This document shows, piece after piece, positions 60,510 to 64,000 of a DNA stretch of 64,000 nt. The stretch's first letter is position 1. The number at the start of each line of letters is the position of its first letter. The position numbers and the translations under genes were made by a program. Source of the DNA: Eledone cirrhosa (Eukaryota); assembly GCA_964016885.1 (NCBI GenBank), contig OZ024740.1:161262001-161326000 (forward strand), given 5' to 3'. Below the pieces are notes generated by a model. The model searched no databases and was not told the DNA's origin. It worked only from the letters and a program-made list of their open reading frames with translations.

Positions 60510-63500
60510 GTTTTCTTTATTAACCACAAGGGTTCACATAAAGTAGACATTAAGGACAGTACAGGACAATACAGGACGGTACAAATGGGCATTTCTGCGT
60601 GTAAAAAAACAGAGGTTGAAATAAAATAACAAAGAAAAATTCCCCAATAGGGGGGAGACTTCCAAGGGACATTTGTGGCAAGTGCCCTCTCCCAGTTTTC
60701 CACCTTTAATTTACAGACACATACTCAGAGAAGGCCCATTCATACGGGCCATACTTGCTTCTCTCACCCATCTTTCAACAAAATGCTGGGAAGAGAGCAC
60801 TTCCCTCTCTACCCTGATTTTCCTTTTCAAATGAAATTTGAAAAAGTTAATCAGGGCATCACCGAAGAGGTAAGTGCTCGTCTTCAGCCCTTTCAAACGT
60901 GTCCACCATACTATCTCTTTCGCCATGGCCACCAGACAGATAAAAACTGCCTGCCCTTCCAGGCTAAAGGAAGGGGGCGGGGCAATCCTCACGATGGACT
61001 CAGCTGATAGCTGGATCCGTCCTACACGTGACAGCAGGTGTTCGACATAAACCCACAAGTCAGCAATGCTCGGACACTGGACGAGTGCGTGCAGGACGGT
61101 TTCGTCGCCCTGCGCGCATCTCGGACATGCCCGGCTGACGGCACCTCCATGCCTGTAGAGTTTATCCCGAACTGGCAAAGCTCCTCGGTAGCACTGCCAG
61201 GCCAGGGATTTCTGGAAGTTGTCCATAGGCCCCGGCCCGAAAGTCCTTCCGAAGAGATTGGCTAGTTGATTTTCGTCGACGCCTAGAGTTTCTCCAAGTA
61301 CGTCGTCGCTCTTCCCCTCCACTAATCCCCTATAGAACGCCAAGGTGGAGTTTCCACCGATCACATTGCCCGATTGGTCGAGGGCTGTGAGCGCCTGAAG
61401 ACATTCCAGTCTCCAAGAGCTCCCTCTCGGTCTTCGCTTGACCCAGGACTGCAGCTCCGTCAAGGAGACGAGCTGGGGAAAAACGTGTCTTGCAAACGGC
61501 GACCACACCTGATCACCGTCGAGGAAGAGGTGGAGATGTCGTAGCCTGAGCGCGTGTCTGCGCACCATCAGCCACGGCATGCCCAGCCCTCCACGTAGTG
61601 GGTGTTGACAGCAGATGGACCGCCTGACCATCGGAGCGCGTCCCTTCCACAAGAAGCGAAAGAGCAAACGCTCCAGCGCAGTCAGGCGGGGCTTAGGACA
61701 AGGTACGACGGTCAGGCGGTAGTAGATGACGGATGCGATGTACGCATTCGCCACCTCCGCTCGACTTTCAGGGATAGCTTCCTCTCGGCCCATTTCTGGG
61801 TGAGAGAAGCCACCCTGCTCGTCACCTCGTCCCAGTTTTTGTCCGTCTGGAGGTCTGGACCGAACCAGACCCCTAGCAATTTAACCGGTCCGTCCGTCCA
61901 GCGCCCGACGACGCTGTTGGACGGCATGGACCTGCCTCTCCAGGTGCCGAGCTGCAGGCCCACTGACTTTTCCTGGTTGATCATTGCTCCTGTCACCGCT
62001 TCGTATTCTCTTAGTGTAGTGCCGATCGCCTCGATGTGTTTGGCGTTTGACACCACTACGGTGGCATCGTCGGCATATGCTGACACGGATCTTCCGCATC
62101 CTAGTTCGCGCGGGACCCCCCTCAACGTCTCCAGTTTGTGCAGTAATGGCTCGAGAGTCAATACGTACAATAGGGACGAGAGGGGACATCCTTGGCGGAC
62201 CGAGCGCATGATGTTGAACGGTTCCGAAAGGTGACCGTTCACTCTCACTACAGAGCAGATGTCGCTGTGCATGGCAGCGATCCAGCCTCTGAAGACGGGC
62301 CCAAAGCCAGCCGCCCTCAGGACTGCCGCTAGGTAACGATGGTCGACCCTATCGAAGGCTTTCGACTGATCTAAATTGATCAAAGACCCACCCGTGCCAG
62401 GTTCCCTAGCTACCCTCTCTACGATGTATCGCATGAGGTGGAGGTTGTCGTGGATGGATCTGTCGGGAATGGCGCATGTCTGTGCCTCTCCCACCAGACC
62501 ACCAACGACAAGCGCCAACCTCTTTGCTAGCACCTTGGCCAAAATCTTGAACTCTGTGTTTAGCAGAGTTATGGGCCTAAAATTATCTATGTTATCCCCC
62601 TTGTTCGGATCCTTTCTCAGCAGTGCCACCGCTCCTCGGCTCACAGAGCTGGGAATTCTCCCGTTCTCTTGCCAGTTGCAGTAGACGTCCGCCAAGAGGC
62701 CTCCGAACAAGTTTGGCATTTGTACGTAAAGTTCATAGGGCAGACCATCCAAACCAGGCGATTTACCCCTTGTGCAACTAGTCATTGCATCCCGTACTTC
62801 AGCGGTTGTTATCGGCTTTTCGCAACACTCCGCCTCAGTGGCCGAAAGCCGCGGCAGTCCGTCGAGGTAGACACTAAAGTCCATCCCTCGATCCGGCCCG
62901 CCACTGCCCCCGAACAGTTGAGCGAAGTGTCGCTGAAAAGCTTCACACATTTGCCCGGGATCGAGTAGCATGCGCCCGTCGTGGTCCACCAAAGACCGGA
63001 TCGTGGCTTTCTTGCCACGACGCGCCTCCGCCACTCGGGCCCATTGAACGGCTTTCGTCCCCTCGTGTCTGAGAGCACGCACCCTAGCTCTGACAACGCA
63101 GCCTTCGTGCTTTGCATTGAAGAATTGGTCAAGGGCCAATTTCGCCGCAAGTACGTCGGTCGCGATGCCTTTGCTAAGCGCCTCATCTAATTTTCTAACT
63201 AATTCTCCCTCTGCTCTATTTTTCTCTATTGCTAAAGTCTTACTAAACCTAATGGACTCTATTCTAATTGCTCTTTTCAGAGCAAACCACCACTTGTTGT
63301 TGACGATGGCCCCCGTCAAAGCCCGCTTAACTAGTTCGCTAATCCGGTCTCTGTAGGCCTTGCGCGCTGGTAAGGACGCGTTTAGCTTCCAGTAGCCGGG
63401 TCCTCGTCTATGAAGCCTATCTAAGTCAAGCACACAGATCACGAATTTGTGGTCCGTGTAGCTGACTATCTGGAATTGTGGACAGCCTATGCTAGACCTA

Positions 63501-64000
63501 TCTATTTCCCTACAAAATACTCTATCTAGATATGATCTGGATGACCCTATGCGATTTGTCCAAGTCCACATTGGTACATTCGGGAAATCCATTCGGTACC
63601 TGTCAGACAGTTCAAAACGTCTGAGCAGGTTGGTGAGACTCTTGCACCCTCCTTCCCTATCCACTAATCCCACACAATCCCAGCGTGCATCTAAGATCCC
63701 GTTCCAGTCGCCCACTAACACTAAAGAGCGGGACGTTCCAAGAAAGGTCTCCAGACGCCGGAAGAAATCAGGCCGCCCTGCTCCTGTCGGGGCATAGACG
63801 GCCACTAACCTGAAAGCTTGCCCGTCTCCGCTGGTCACGTCCAGCACCACCAACTTACCTTCTGGGTCCAGGAAGATGGCCCGTATCTCAAGATCCAAAC
63901 CTCTCCGAAAAAGCACAGCAACTCCTCCCCCCGATCCCGGACGGCTGGGAGATGCGTACACATCGTAGCCGCCGAAGATCGGTGCGAAAGCCTGTGCTTC
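60510..64000 (-). mobile_element. Tx1/L1-clade LINE (ORF2 and 3' UTR; 5' end outside window)
   Basis: ORF2 at 60711-63961+; the 3' UTR ends in AATAAA-gaaaac and then (ATT)n. Confidence 0.92.
60711..63961 (-). CDS. LINE ORF2: APE endonuclease + RT + Cys-rich domain; one frameshift near 61765
   Basis: Motifs GVAVLF, VYAP, GDWN, LDR, TDH, GYWKLN, KSPGLDG, FRPITLLN..KILAK, DQSKAFDRVDH, RQGCPLS, YADD, GGLG and CPRC..ET..H...C. Confidence 0.92.

Noticed and set aside
57041-63797. Antisense ORFs overlapping the LINE coding regions
   Set aside because: They are typical shadow ORFs of coding sequence and have no independent motifs.

Overview
This is AT-rich eukaryotic (animal) DNA made almost entirely of repeats. 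The SINE types and very long (TA)n/(CA)n tracts suggest a cephalopod such as Octopus (inferred from recall, not searched). I can support no host protein-coding gene, and the many YI/CV/HT-repeat ORFs are microsatellite artefacts. The window holds at least six Penelope-like element (PLE) copies from three or more lineages, with inverted or direct pseudo-LTRs (pLTRs). It also holds a near-intact R4/Dong-type RLE LINE, a near-intact Tx1/L1-clade LINE plus a decayed relative, a HERO/NeSL-like relic, a mariner relic and many SINEs. Reading both strands shows about 20 minimal type-I hammerhead ribozyme (HHR) motifs from roughly 10 sequence families. Several lie in non-coding fold-back, palindromic or tandem (retrozyme-like) units anchored in (TA)n. 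One PLE has a 402-aa upstream ORF joined to its RT frame by an in-phase U-UUU-UUA slippery site followed by a hairpin or pseudoknot. This is a candidate gag-pol-like -1 programmed frameshift.
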